A stretch of DNA of 63,556 nucleotides, filler included, from Reticulomyxa filosa (Eukaryota > Protista > Foraminifera), in assembly GCA_000512085.1 (NCBI GenBank). It is 19 parts of 19 records of this genome, joined end to end, with 100 filler letters (N's around TTAATTAATTAA, not from the genome) between each part and the next. Parts side by side here need not be neighbours in the genome. Positions count along the whole stretch, not along the records: positions 22,869 to 26,287 come from ASPP01031031.1; positions 26,388 to 27,552 come from ASPP01006776.1; positions 27,653 to 29,007 come from ASPP01042363.1; positions 29,108 to 30,297 come from ASPP01036710.1; positions 30,398 to 33,447 come from ASPP01025244.1; positions 33,548 to 35,295 come from ASPP01006002.1; 13 more parts are not named here. One strand, written 5' to 3'. Below the pieces are notes generated by a model that saw nothing but the letters and a program-made list of their open reading frames with translations, did no database searches and was not told the DNA's origin. The position numbers were made by a program, and so were the translations under genes. Each line of letters starts with the position of its first letter. The stretch's first letter is position 1. Of this stretch, positions 23,025 to 33,948 are shown piece by piece.

Positions 23025-24803
23025 ATGACTCGGATGACGTTGGTAGCGCTGGCCGTGCTGACAGGCCTGAGTGCTTGTGGTGGTAGTGGTGGTGCAGCAA
23101 GCGATACGGCTGCACCAGTAGCCGGTACTAGCAGCTTGAGTGGCAAAGTAGTGGATGGGTATCTGCAAGGTGCCGAAGTGTGTCTGGATACCAATGCAGA
23201 TAAGGTTTGCGATACTGATAAAGTTTTGACCGATGCCAGCGGTAACTACAGCTTGACGCACAAACTGACTGCCTCTGCGTTGGCCGGAGCACATGTTTTG
23301 GTACGTGTCCCCGAGACCGCCAAAGATGCTGACGATGGTGGCAAGATGCTCAAAGAAGCAGGCAAAGCCGCTTTTGAACTGCTTGCCCCCGCAGCCCATC
23401 CCCAGGTTGTTTCGCCACTAACGACCTTGGTTTCCGAGGACATGCTAAGCAATGGTCTGACTGCGGCGGAAGCGGAGACCAAGATTGTCGCTACACTGGC
23501 GCTTGGTAGTGGCAAGGTGCTGCTTGGCCAGCAAGCGGATTTTGTCGCAGCCAAGGATCCCAGGCTGCAAAAGCTGGCGCAGACTACCGCCATTTTGCTC
23601 GGGGAAGTGAAGAAGAGTGTCTCAGCAACCCTCATCGCCAAGCCGGGAATGGTCAAGCCGGGTGAGCAGCTGCGGGTGGAGGTGCTGGCTGCGCGGCAAA
23701 TGCTCAGTAGCTTGCTCGACAGTGGCGCCAATCTGGAAACGCTGTCTGACGGGCAGAAGATTGACCCGACCAAAGTACAGTCGCTATTGAATACGACGCT
23801 CAGCACACAGTGGCAAGAGCTGCAATCGACAGACTATCTGACAAGGCAGGCATTGCTTGTAGGGTCGCCTTCAGCGTCATTTAATATCAGCCAGCTCATT
23901 GGCCAAACCTTTTTCGATGTGACGGTAGATGGCAGCTACGCCTCCGTCTGCCGCGACCCGTTGGCCAACGGAAAGACAGCCAGTACGTGTTTCAGTACCA
24001 ATCGGGATGCACAGGGCAAGTGGGCCACCTGGCGTATCGACGATCAGTCTTCTCTCCTGACTGAGCAGGGATGGCGGCCAGATGGTTATGGCTGGCTCTA
24101 TGACTACCTGCCGGATACTAGCAGCACGTTGTTGATGAAACCCAGCTTGCCGTTGCCTTCTGAGCTGAGCTACGTCATGAAGACCAAGGGTGCCATGTCG
24201 CCGCAAGCCTGGTTCCCTAAAGTTGGTTTTGCAGCAGAAGATGCTGCCTATCCGATGTATATGTCGCCCAAGCAAATGGCTTACAAATACAGTATGTCCG
24301 GTCGTAACCCGATCAGCTGTTTTGATAGCCAAGGCAATCGTTCGGATTGTGCTTCTTTTGCCGCTCTGCGCGAGCAATTCTCGGGTGTCAAGCTAAGTGG
24401 CCAGAATGTTACCGGTTTCAACTGGCTGGCATTTAGTAGCTTTGATGGCAATCGTGATGTGGTAGCGGGGTTCAACGGTAATAAACTGGCTTTTTATCAG
24501 ATCAAGAGAACGGCTAATCCAGGTGGTGGTTATAGCGTCCAGTATCAGTCGACACTGGCTGAAGAAGGAAGCTGGAAAGAAGAGATGGTGGCGGGGGTGC
24601 CCGTGTTGCAGCTCTCCGTCCCTGAGGCGCTGAAAGCACGCTTGGGTCTCCAGCAGGGGCGGGACCCGATTTACACCTTGCATAACGGGAAAGTTTATCA
24701 AGGTACCCGTCGACAAGCACTTGGCTTCGATTGGGTATGGCTGAATGCTTCCGCGTTTGCCAAGATCCGCCAGCATTACGAGTTGCCTGTACTCCCTGAC
24801 TAA
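23025..24803 (+). CDS. Bacterial lipoprotein (592 aa) with DGYLxGAxVCLDxNxxxxCD N-terminal domain
   Basis: Lipobox LSA-C followed by GGSGG; upstream GGGAG RBS; motif SGKVVDGYLQGAEVCLDTNADKVCD..TDASGNY and VSPLTTLV; intronless, GC-rich contig. Confidence 0.85.
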   Translation: MTRMTLVALAVLTGLSACGGSGGAASDTAAPVAGTSSLSGKVVDGYLQGAEVCLDTNADKVCDTDKVLTDASGNYSLTHKLTASALAGAHVLVRVPETAKDADDGGKMLKEAGKAAFELLAPAAHPQVVSPLTTLVSEDMLSNGLTAAEAETKIVATLALGSGKVLLGQQADFVAAKDPRLQKLAQTTAILLGEVKKSVSATLIAKPGMVKPGEQLRVEVLAARQMLSSLLDSGANLETLSDGQKIDPTKVQSLLNTTLSTQWQELQSTDYLTRQALLVGSPSASFNISQLIGQTFFDVTVDGSYASVCRDPLANGKTASTCFSTNRDAQGKWATWRIDDQSSLLTEQGWRPDGYGWLYDYLPDTSSTLLMKPSLPLPSELSYVMKTKGAMSPQAWFPKVGFAAEDAAYPMYMSPKQMAYKYSMSGRNPISCFDSQGNRSDCASFAALREQFSGVKLSGQNVTGFNWLAFSSFDGNRDVVAGFNGNKLAFYQIKRTANPGGGYSVQYQSTLAEEGSWKEEMVAGVPVLQLSVPEALKARLGLQQGRDPIYTLHNGKVYQGTRRQALGFDWVWLNASAFAKIRQHYELPVLPD

Positions 24804-24846
24804 TCCTGCCGATCAAGCTGGTTGTTGATGATCAGCGAACTTGTTC

Positions 24847-24874
24847 CAGCCCCGGGCAGTAGCCGGGGCTGTTT
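24847..24874 (+). terminator. Rho-independent terminator-like hairpin between the convergent lipoprotein and rlmH genes
   Basis: CAGCCCCGG-gcagtag-CCGGGGCTG followed by a short TTT. Confidence 0.6.
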
Positions 24875-24945
24875 CATGTGGAGTGGCCAGTAGGTGCGTT
24901 AACCGCAAAACTTGCAGTAGCAGCGGCATGATTTCGTTTTGTATC

Positions 24946-25414
24946 CTACTCGCGGTGGTAGGGATGGTTGTTCAGGATGGAGTAGGCGCGGTACAGCTGT
25001 TCGGCCAGCAGTACGCGCACCATGCCGTGCGGCAGCGTCATGGCCGACAGCTGCAGCATGATGTCGGCGCGCGCTTTCAGCGCTTGTGACAGGCCGTCTG
25101 CTCCGCCGATAACGATGCAGATGTCGTCACCGCCGGCCATCCAGTCTTTCATGGCGCCGGCCAGTTGTACCGAGGTCCAGTTCTGCCGCGCTCGTCCAGG
25201 ATGACGAGCTTGCTGCGCGCGGGATGGCCGCCACGATGCGCTCGTGCTCGGCAGCAATGCCTTTTTCGGCGGTGACGCCGCCACCGCGTTTTTCCGGCTT
25301 GATTTCTTTCAGCTCGAACTGGATGTCGCGGCCGAAGCGCTTGCTGTAATCGGCAAAGGCGTCGTCGACCCAGCGCGGCATCTTGCTGCCCACGGCCAGC
25401 AGGGTGATCTTCAT
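24946..25414 (-). CDS. rlmH: 23S rRNA (pseudouridine1915-N3)-methyltransferase RlmH; two apparent 1-nt deletions
   Basis: [16 protein letters not shown] ... LDERG ... IGGADGLS ... [34 protein letters not shown]; GGAG RBS. Adding one base at ~25221 and one at ~25184 gives [19 protein letters not shown]. Confidence 0.93.
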
Positions 25415-25431
25415 GCTTGCTCCTGAAACGC

Positions 25432-25467
25432 GGTTGGCCGCAACGCCTTGCGGCATTGCGGCCAACC
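25432..25467 (-). other. 16-bp RNA hairpin with GCAA tetraloop in the rsfS-rlmH intergenic region
   Basis: mRNA strand reads GGUUGGCCGCAAUGCC-GCAA-GGCGUUGCGGCCAACC; fully paired with one U-G wobble. Confidence 0.7.
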
Positions 25468-25555
25468 TTGTGTGGCTACGGCTTGGTGTGTGTCCGACCC
25501 GCCCGGCGTTGTCGCCATGGCGTTGGTGCGCCCATGGCGGGCCGTGACAACAGGC

Positions 25556-25927
25556 TTAAACGGCCGCGTTCCAGGGGCGACCGCCCACCGGTACGAAGGA
25601 CGGCTTCTGGCCGCCCCACAGGGCTTCGATATCGTAGTAGTCGCGCACGGCCGGCAGCATCACGTGTACTACCACGTCACCGGCGTCGACCAGTACCCAT
25701 TCGCCGCTCTCGTGGCCTTCGGTACCCACCAGTTCAATGCCTTTTTCTTTCAGCGAGACGGCCACGTTGTTGGCCAGGGCTTTTACTTGGCGGTTGGAGT
25801 CGCCGGTGCAGACGATCAGGCGCGAAAACAGCGAGGTCAGCTGGGTGGTATCCATCTCGACGATGTCTTTGCCTTTTACATCTTCGAGGGCTTCGATGGC
25901 CAGTTTGGCGATGTCTTGAACTTCCAT
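25556..25927 (-). CDS. rsfS: Ribosome silencing factor RsfS (Iojap/YbeB)
   Basis: ALEDVKGKDI, TGDSNRQVKALA, GEWVLVDAGDVVVHVM, RDYYDIEALW; conserved nadD-rsfS-rlmH order. Confidence 0.95.
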   Translation of the reverse strand: MEVQDIAKLAIEALEDVKGKDIVEMDTTQLTSLFSRLIVCTGDSNRQVKALANNVAVSLKEKGIELVGTEGHESGEWVLVDAGDVVVHVMLPAVRDYYDIEALWGGQKPSFVPVGGRPWNAAV

Positions 25928-26047
25928 GGTATTCCTTGAGTCATTTTTCGGGGACGTAATGGCACGTCAGCGTCCGGTGTCGAAAGAGGTCCCGTAAAGA
26001 ACGAACGGCCGCGGACAGCGGCGCGTGCGGGTGCTGCCTGCCACTGT

Positions 26048-26287
26048 CTACCGGTATAGCTGGTGCTGGCGGATATAGGCCAGAACCGGCTTGGCAATCT
26101 GCCCGCTGCAGTCTTCGCCCTGGGCCAGTTGCGTACGCAGCTGGGTGGCGGAGAGGGGGACGGGTGGCAAGGTCAGGGCGCGCATTGTACCGGAAGGCGC
26201 GCTGTTTGAAAAATCAGCCACTTGCGCCGCCTGCCAGCGACGGGCGATGTCGGGGTGCAAGTGTGCAGGGTCGAAGCCGGGTCGCAC
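26048..26287 (-). CDS. nadD: Nicotinate-nucleotide adenylyltransferase, C-terminal fragment
   Basis: RPGF..., LSATQLR, VLAYIRQHQLY C-terminus; lies upstream of rsfS. Confidence 0.85.
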   Translation of the reverse strand: MRPGFDPAHLHPDIARRWQAAQVADFSNSAPSGTMRALTLPPVPLSATQLRTQLAQGEDCSGQIAKPVLAYIRQHQLYR

Positions 26288-26387
26288 NNNNNNNNNNNNN
26301 NNNNNNNNNNNNNNNNNNNNNNNNNNNNNNNTTAATTAATTAANNNNNNNNNNNNNNNNNNNNNNNNNNNNNNNNNNNNNNNNNNNN

Positions 26388-27552
26388 CCATGCCTTCAAG
26401 GACGCGGGCCTGCCCGACGATCTTCTTGGCAACGGGGTTGCGAGAGATTTCGTCGCGGAGTTCCTGCGACTTGGTGATGGCATCTTCAAGCGAGATGTTG
26501 AGCTCATCTGGGATCATCTTCGCCAGCCGATCCGCTTCCGCGAACGGCAGGGAGTGCACGCGGGAGACGTCGCGAATCACCATTTTGGCGCCGAGGGTGC
26601 CGTAAGTAATAATGTTGGCGACGCAGTCGTTGCCATATTTCTGGCGGACATAGTCGATCACCTCGCCGCGGCGCCGCATGCAGAAGTCGATATCGAAGTC
26701 GGGCGGGGAAACGCGTTCGGGATTGAGAAAGCGTTCGAAGAGCAGACCGAAGCGGATGGGATCGATATTGGTGATGCCGAGCAAGTAAGCCACCATGCAG
26801 CCGGCACCGGAGCCACGACCCGGGCCAACCGGCACCTGATGGGAGCGAGCCCAATGGATAAAAATCCCAAACGACGAGGAAGTAGTCGATGAACCCGGTG
26901 ACAGTGATGATGGAAAGCTCGTAGCCCATGCGTAGGCAGAGCAATTCCTCGGGGGTGAGGCCGGAGTAGTCAGGAGCGGCCGGTTTCTGGCCGGGAGCCA
27001 ACTGCGTGAGTTTGGCGAGGCGCTCCGCCACTACGGGGTGGCTGGCAACGGAGGGGTAGTTGACGCCATAGCGCCGCGAAAGGCCCTCGACGCAGAGAGT
27101 GTGAAGGTATTCAGACGGGGAATACTTGGTGTTGATTTCCGGCGGCAGCGGGTAGCGCGGGTAGCGTTCGGAGCCCTTGGGAAAGGGAATCGCCAGGTCG
27201 CACATCTCCGCCACCAATTGCGTATTGGTGAGCGAGTCAGGGAGCTCCCCGAACAGCGCAGCCATTTCGTCCCGTGATTTGAGGTAGAACTGGGCGGTGT
27301 CGAACTTCATGCGGTTTTCGTCCGCTACCTTGGCCCCGGTCTGGATACAGAGCATGGCGTCGTGCGGTTCGGCGTCCTCGGCGCGAACGTAGTGCACGTC
27401 GTTGGTGCAAATGACCTTGAGGTTGAAGGTCTCGGCGAGCTTCAGGAGGCCGGGGATGATCTTTTTCTGCTCCGGAATACCGTGGTCCTGGATTTCGACA
27501 AAAAAGTGATCTCGCCCAAACAAATCCACGAATCGGGCACAGGCCTTATGCG
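26388..27552 (-). CDS. dnaE: Bacterial DNA polymerase III alpha subunit, internal fragment; one frameshift
   Basis: PHP-domain TNDVHY and [10 protein letters not shown]; [12 protein letters not shown]; [10 protein letters not shown]; [21 protein letters not shown]; [11 protein letters not shown]. An extra base in a homopolymer at ~26860 breaks [14 protein letters not shown]. Confidence 0.96.
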
Positions 27553-29402
27553 NNNNNNNNNNNNNNNNNNNNNNNNNNNNNNNNNNNNNNNNNNNNTTAA
27601 TTAATTAANNNNNNNNNNNNNNNNNNNNNNNNNNNNNNNNNNNNNNNNNNNNCAGATATTCATGCAGTAACATAAGTAATATCCATATTGTTAGGATTGA
27701 TGAGCATTTTAAAAATCTGACTTTGAAAAATTGTAGTTGTTTATAATACAATTTTTTTTATCAAGAATAGATTTTGCGTTGCGATTACGATCAGACAAAA
27801 ATAATGTTTTTTGAACTGTATCGAATGTGATAATATCATTTGTGTTCAAGTAAAATATTTCGCTTTCCATTTGTTAGTGTACCCACGTAAACAGGAATTT
27901 AAAAACAATTTTTTCATAAACACTAAATAGATACAAAAAACTCTTGTCGACTCTAAAAAGTTTTTTTGGAACGAAATAAAAAAAAATCTTGTTGTTTTTT
28001 GTTGACAATAAACAGTCAAGTATATTAATCAAATAAATCTGATACTCAAGTTTTTGGTTTGCATATTCGTGGCGAGGACAAGATGTTGTCTAATTAATGA
28101 TATTTGATAAATTCGATTGTTTTATCATATTCTTTTTTATTTGCGCACGTCTGTGCATTTCAGCATTTTTTATCATAGACATTTTAATTGCAAATGTTGT
28201 ACTTTATAAAGAAAAAGTAAATTTTTCGTTAATTCTCAATGAATTGGTATTCTTTTGATTTCCATTTGCTATTTTCTACCACAAAGTTGGATTTTTCCAT
28301 GACAATTACATTATTACAATCTTTGCAAATTAAAATTGATAATCGATACACAGTACAAATTTAAGGATTGCAATATTTAATTTGGGAAGTGAACAAAAGA
28401 CAAAAAAGTTTCTTCTACAAAAAAGTGAACTTCCTTAGGAAAACAAACTCTTGTTCAGGAGAGGGAAACCATTCAACAAAACAGCCCCTTTTTTCCGCAA
28501 CCGATATTAAAAATTCAGATTTATTTAATAATTAGTAAAAATAATTTTTTAATCAAATCTATTTTCTTGTCCCCATCAAAAAGAAACAACTACCTCATTA
28601 CAAACTGATATCCAATTTTGACATTCTTGCTGAGCAACTCAAAAACAGTGTCTTTAAAGTTCTTTTTATACTATGCAAAAAAAAACAGTATATCTATTTC
28701 TCATCAAGAAATGTTCTTTTCGAAATGTTTTCAACACAAGTTTTTTTAAAAAAGGAAAACACCAGCAAAAAAATAAAATATGAATAAGTTATCATTTTGT
28801 CTGTAATTGTGCAAAGTAATTCAATAATCCTCAAATCATTATTCATCCAATCAAACAAAATCTCCAAAAAAAAGGGTTCGCTAGCATACTCCAAAAAAAA
28901 AACATTCATCTAACATGTCTGCTCAAGTTAACAACTTTCAAACATTGCTTGAATTACCCAAACCATTCACAGCAATACAATGTATTTTGTTCAAGGAAGA
29001 ACTTCTTNNNNNNNNNNNNNNNNNNNNNNNNNNNNNNNNNNNNNNNNNNNNTTAATTAATTAANNNNNNNNNNNNNNNNNNNNNNNNNNNNNNNNNNNNN
29101 NNNNNNNGTTTTGTATGTGGCATTAAACCAAAATAATATACTTGAAATTTAATAGATATGCTAAAAGCACAAGATTTTCAAGAAATGGTACAAAATGAAC
29201 AATTTAATAATTCACTACAAATATTTGCGAGTACATGGAAGTTCTGGAGACCAATTTCATACATTCAATCATTACAAAGTAAGAAATGTTTAGAAATAGT
29301 TTTAGCTCATACTATTTTAAATAAGAAAGTACAATTACTTTCAAAAGTGACAATACACGATACATGGAAAACATTAATTCAGAAACGATGCAATCAATCA
29401 AC

Positions 29403-30283
29403 TCAAATTGGACAATGCAAGTTGTGTAACATACCAATAACATTCAAATGCAATATTAAATAGTTTATATACACATATGTCCTCCTGATTTTGAGCCCCA
29501 TTTCAATGGGGATTGTTCCATAATTGATAGAGCTTTTCAATAGATCAGGGACATTCGATTTGTCTTTGGATGTTTGCCTTAAGTGCAAATGATACAGAGA
29601 CAAAGCTTTGAAAAGCAAAATGCATATTTTTGCCCAATATACCAAAATAGTCGATTATTTTTGCAGGAGAAGTACGAACATCAAATTGAAAAACGTTGCA
29701 TAAATTCAAGAAAATATTGTAGTACATGAACAAGAAAGGATAGAGATATCGCCTTGTATTTTTCAACGGTACGAGAGATAATTAACAGATCCAAAAAAAG
29801 AAAAGTTTTTCTGGCTCAGTGTGCACAATCACATAGAGATAGAACAGTGCTCACGAAAGAGTTGTTTTCATTACAAACAAGAAGTCACGACAACGGAAAA
29901 AAAAAGACCGAACAAAAATAAACCCCAGCAACATCAGCTACAATTTTGTTGTGAAGAATGTATTAGCTAATTTTATCTTTTTCATCCAAATCTTTTTTTG
30001 TTAGTACGTGATAGCCTCGAGTCGGGATGGCAATATCCCCGAGCCTGTGAGGTGTTTTACTCAACTGTACTTCCTTGTACTCATTGCAAGCCTCCAAAAA
30101 TTCATAAAATGTGGTTTTGATGTATCGTTGATATTGATCTGGTATCGAGGTGCGCTGTTTATGCAATTGCATAATTTCGACACTGAACGCCATCAATATG
30201 TCACTGTATCGAAAGCACGCAAACGTGATCAAAACTAGACAGCACAAATGATCGAAGAGAGAAAAAAAATTGTGCTTGAGCAT
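29403..30283 (-). CDS. Fragments of an unidentified multi-exon eukaryotic gene or pseudogene
   Basis: Coding-like exon RYSDILMAFSVEIMQLHKQRTSIPDQYQRYIKTTFYEFLEACNEY, plus broken downstream frames. Confidence 0.3.
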
Positions 30284-30404
30284 ATATATATGTATATNNN
30301 NNNNNNNNNNNNNNNNNNNNNNNNNNNNNNNNNNNNNNNNNTTAATTAATTAANNNNNNNNNNNNNNNNNNNNNNNNNNNNNNNNNNNNNNNNNNNNTTT
30401 TTTT

Positions 30405-30436
<32 letters not shown>

Positions 30437-30881
30437 TTTTGCTTCTATCAAAACTTATCAAACATTAAGTTTGACATTTGGTATCCTGTTTCTGGTCTTG
30501 CTTTTGGTTACCAAAACTTGTGCAATATATTAATCGACACTCTTCATCGTGCAACCCAATTGCACAAGTTACACATTTCTCTTATTCAAATATTTAAATC
30601 GTGATGATAATTGTAAAGAATATTGATCGCAAATTGAGGCGAAATGCAATATTTAACACAAAAAATTACAACGCAATTACTCACCGTGTGATTGTGAAAT
30701 ACAAAAGCAATCTTGTGCCCAAATAAAAAAAAATTGTCATATTGTTTAATTGTTCAAAATCTGTTCTCGTTCCTTGTTGGTCACCAAAGTAGAATGTGAC
30801 GTAATTTATTGAGTGTTTATTTGCAAACAAGTTTTAGCTTTTCTTTGCTAACTGTTGCACAAAAAAAAGACCTTTGAAAAA

Positions 30882-31713
30882 ATGAAGACAGTTTTGCTTT
30901 TATGCTTCCTTTTTTTTTTGACAGCCAAGTCTCAAAAACATTCTGGCTTAATTTTTTCTTAGAAAAAAATTGCCGTTTATATCATTGCAAACGTTATCCT
31001 TTGCTGCCAAGGATATTTGACGACATTGCCAGCGCACAACGAAAAATGTTTCTATGACGTGGCAGCACGGGGAAACCGTGTGAGTGGCTCATTTGAGGTG
31101 CAGCTCGGTGGACAGTTGGATGTTGGCTATAAAGTGCTTGATCCAAGGTCGGACATTGTGATAGAAATGCCACCGAAGCAATCGGGCACTTTTGAATTTA
31201 TCGCACAAGACAATGGTGAATACACTCTGTGCTTCGGTAATCATGCAGCTTCCGTTGGTCAAAAGCGCATAGCATTTAGTTTTCATATTGCGAACATTAC
31301 ATCAAATGGTACATCTTACCATCCTTCAAGTTACAAAATACATTAAATCTACTTTTTTTTTTTGTCTGATGCTTTATTTTTAGCTTATTGCACGCACGCA
31401 TAGAATATTTTGATTCGTTCGAACGGGCTTTCAGTAATCTAGCTTCGGCAGTGTTCACAATCAGAGATGATTCACATTATATCAAAACTAGAGATTACTA
31501 CACTTCCAAAAGTTCTTTTTTTCTCTCACTTTTTTGGGATTAGCACAAATAATACGGACAAATATAAATACGATAACTCTTCTAGTCCATGTAAACACTT
31601 ATCATAACGTGAAGTGGTTGTTCGCATTGCAACTGATCGTACTTGTTTCTGTTGGCATTTTTCAAGTTTGGTCCATTCGTGGCTTGTTTACCAAACGACG
31701 CTCTTATTGCTGA
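30882..31713 (+). CDS. emp24/gp25L/p24 (TMED) GOLD-domain cargo receptor, 4 exons
   Basis: MKT|KKIAVYIIANVILCCQG signal peptide (intron 30891-30962); GOLD domain KCFY..GGQLDV..GEYTLCFGN; coiled coil; TM WLFALQLIVLVSVGIFQVWSI; tail RGLFTKRRSYC*. Confidence 0.88.
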
Positions 31714-32977
31714 AATGCATTATTGTAAGTTGCCTGATGACAAAAGTGAAGATTTTTGCTTTCTGATTTGGTTATGTTCAGTTGCCAAATCAATGTTTTC
31801 GGCATTAATACTAGTTCATCTTTTTTATATAAATTGTTGAGTAATTGTAAACTTAACAAACATCAATTTATGTTTTTATCAATCATGTAATAATAAAAAC
31901 TCTTCAGGTCTCGCTTACAATCAATTCAAACAGAAAAAGTGCAAAAAGAAAACAAACAAAGGTAAGAGATTTGTGATTTTTATATGCCTTCAAATAATCT
32001 GACACTATGAAATAAAGGAAGACAAAAGTATTTGACAAACAAATATTGTCAATGTGAATCAACTTTTTAAAAAACTTAGGGAAAACAGAATCATATGAAT
32101 TGAAAAAAGACTTGCAAATGTCTCATTATCAGCATTTACCACTATGAATACTTTATTATTGGCAACACGTAGTCAGTGAGATGATGACATTTATCATTTA
32201 AAAAATATGGATCGATAAACATGACAAAGATGAAGAAAAAAACCAAGAAGAAGATTACTATTAATATTAAATCTAATACAGCATTTGACAAAATCATGCA
32301 TGACTACGTATTGTATAAGTGGATCTGTCTATTTAATAAACAAACGAATTAAAATAACATCATCGTAGTCATCGTAAAATGTAAAACTTACTTTGCTAAA
32401 TCGAAAATAGACATAGTCGATATGTTTCTACATCTGTTGCTGCACAAACGAATAAAGAATAATAGAAATATCGATTATCGTTATTCACTTGATATGGAAA
32501 GAATGTGGCAATTGACGAATTGTAAATGATTTTTGATTGGATACAGCATATGACAAGAATAATACAGATATCAGACACAAATGAAATAAATCAAGTTAAC
32601 AATTATATCAAATCTTCAATCAAACATAACTCAACAAATTGCAATTAATATATAATCAATAAATGAAAGTAAAAATAAATTAAAACTCAATAAGCAGATA
32701 ACAAATAAAAAATTCAACTTAATTAATGCAACAAACAAAATAAACTTAAAAAAACATCAAATCAGTAGGCAGTAAATCAAATGAATAAACAGCTGACCAC
32801 AAACAAAGCAAAAGTTACTTTCACACTAACAAAAAAAATAAACACAAAATTTAAAAAATCAAATAAGGACTACTTAAAAAAAAAGACGAAACTACAACGA
32901 AAGAGCTAATGAAGGAAACAAACATCGAACGCAAAATCGAATCTTGAATAAATTTGGTGGATAGAAAAAATCATATA

Positions 32978-33340
32978 AAGTAGTTTGCAAAAAAAACTAT
33001 ACAACAAAAAAAAGTGCTTTTTTTATTATTTGACTTGTATACCTTTATTGAAAAGAGTTAATTAAAAATAACTTTGTGGATACATCGAATAAATCATAGA
33101 ATATCTTTACTCTATGTTGTACTATCTTATATCTTTATTTGAAAGGTTATACATTGAATTTTTTTAGTTGCTTTTACAGTATGACTTTTTTTTGTAACAA
33201 AAATTTTTTTATTAAACCACTATCAAACTGTAAAGAAAAAATAATTTATTTAACAAACGTTTAAAGCTCTTTTCAATAAAGATATAAAAGTCAAATACTA
33301 AAAAAGCTCTTTTTTGTAAAGTTTTTTTTGCAAAATACTG
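32978..33340. mobile_element. Non-autonomous MITE, Tc1/mariner-like, ~80-bp imperfect TIRs, TA on both flanks
   Basis: Left arm aagtagtttgcaaaaaaaactat...tttgacttgtatacctttattgaaaagag; reverse complement of right arm cagtattttgcaaaaaaaacttt...tttgacttttatatctttattgaaaagag. TA at 32976-77 and 33341-42. Confidence 0.7.
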
Positions 33341-33948
33341 TATTTAAATATATAAATTATATACGTGTGCGTTTTTCTGCTGCTGAAAGAGGTGCGCAAA
33401 CTATAATACGAAAGGTTTTCGCTATTTTGAGCAATTTAAAACAAAAGNNNNNNNNNNNNNNNNNNNNNNNNNNNNNNNNNNNNNNNNNNNNTTAATTAAT
33501 TAANNNNNNNNNNNNNNNNNNNNNNNNNNNNNNNNNNNNNNNNNNNNTACCATTTTAGGCGTTCAGTTTTCTTTGCAACATACTGTAGTGAGTTGCTATT
33601 GACATTTCTGCAGCGTAAAAATAAAAACAAAAAGAACAATTTTTTTTGCTTTTGTCTCTTGTTCCTTTTGTTTTTATTTTTTAAGCCGAAATCTTTAATA
33701 AAAAGCTCTTAGCTCTGGCCCTTAGTACATATTTTCTTCATAATTTCATCATATTTTAACATTTATTCTCATATTTATCATACTTTCTTCATATTTTCTT
33801 CATAAAGAAAATAAGTAGATATTGCATCAGAAATTGAATTATTTAAGCAAATGAACAGTAAAGAATATATCTATAATTTTTTTAAAAAAATATTTGCTCC
33901 TGATTTAAAAGTTCGTCCCTCATTCTCATAGTTAAACATTTTCCCACA

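Noticed and set aside
25180-25225. Programmed frameshifting or pseudogenisation of rlmH (also dnaE at ~26860)
   Set aside because: Single-base indels in short base runs of conserved genes, including essential dnaE, are best explained as sequencing errors. The same error type likely explains 10745 and others.
25417-25959. Long + strand ORFs overlapping rsfS/rlmH
   Set aside because: Antisense shadows typical of GC-rich coding DNA.
22869-27552. Bacterial genomic island or HGT into the protist genome
   Set aside because: Both ends are assembly spacers; there is no physical junction with host DNA and no introns.
33725-33840. Short tandem catattttcttcat repeats and GAAATTGA as a giant-virus early promoter upstream of the BRO gene
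   Set aside because: The motif mismatches AAAATTGA and is expected by chance in AT-rich DNA. The repeats are irregular and have no spacers.
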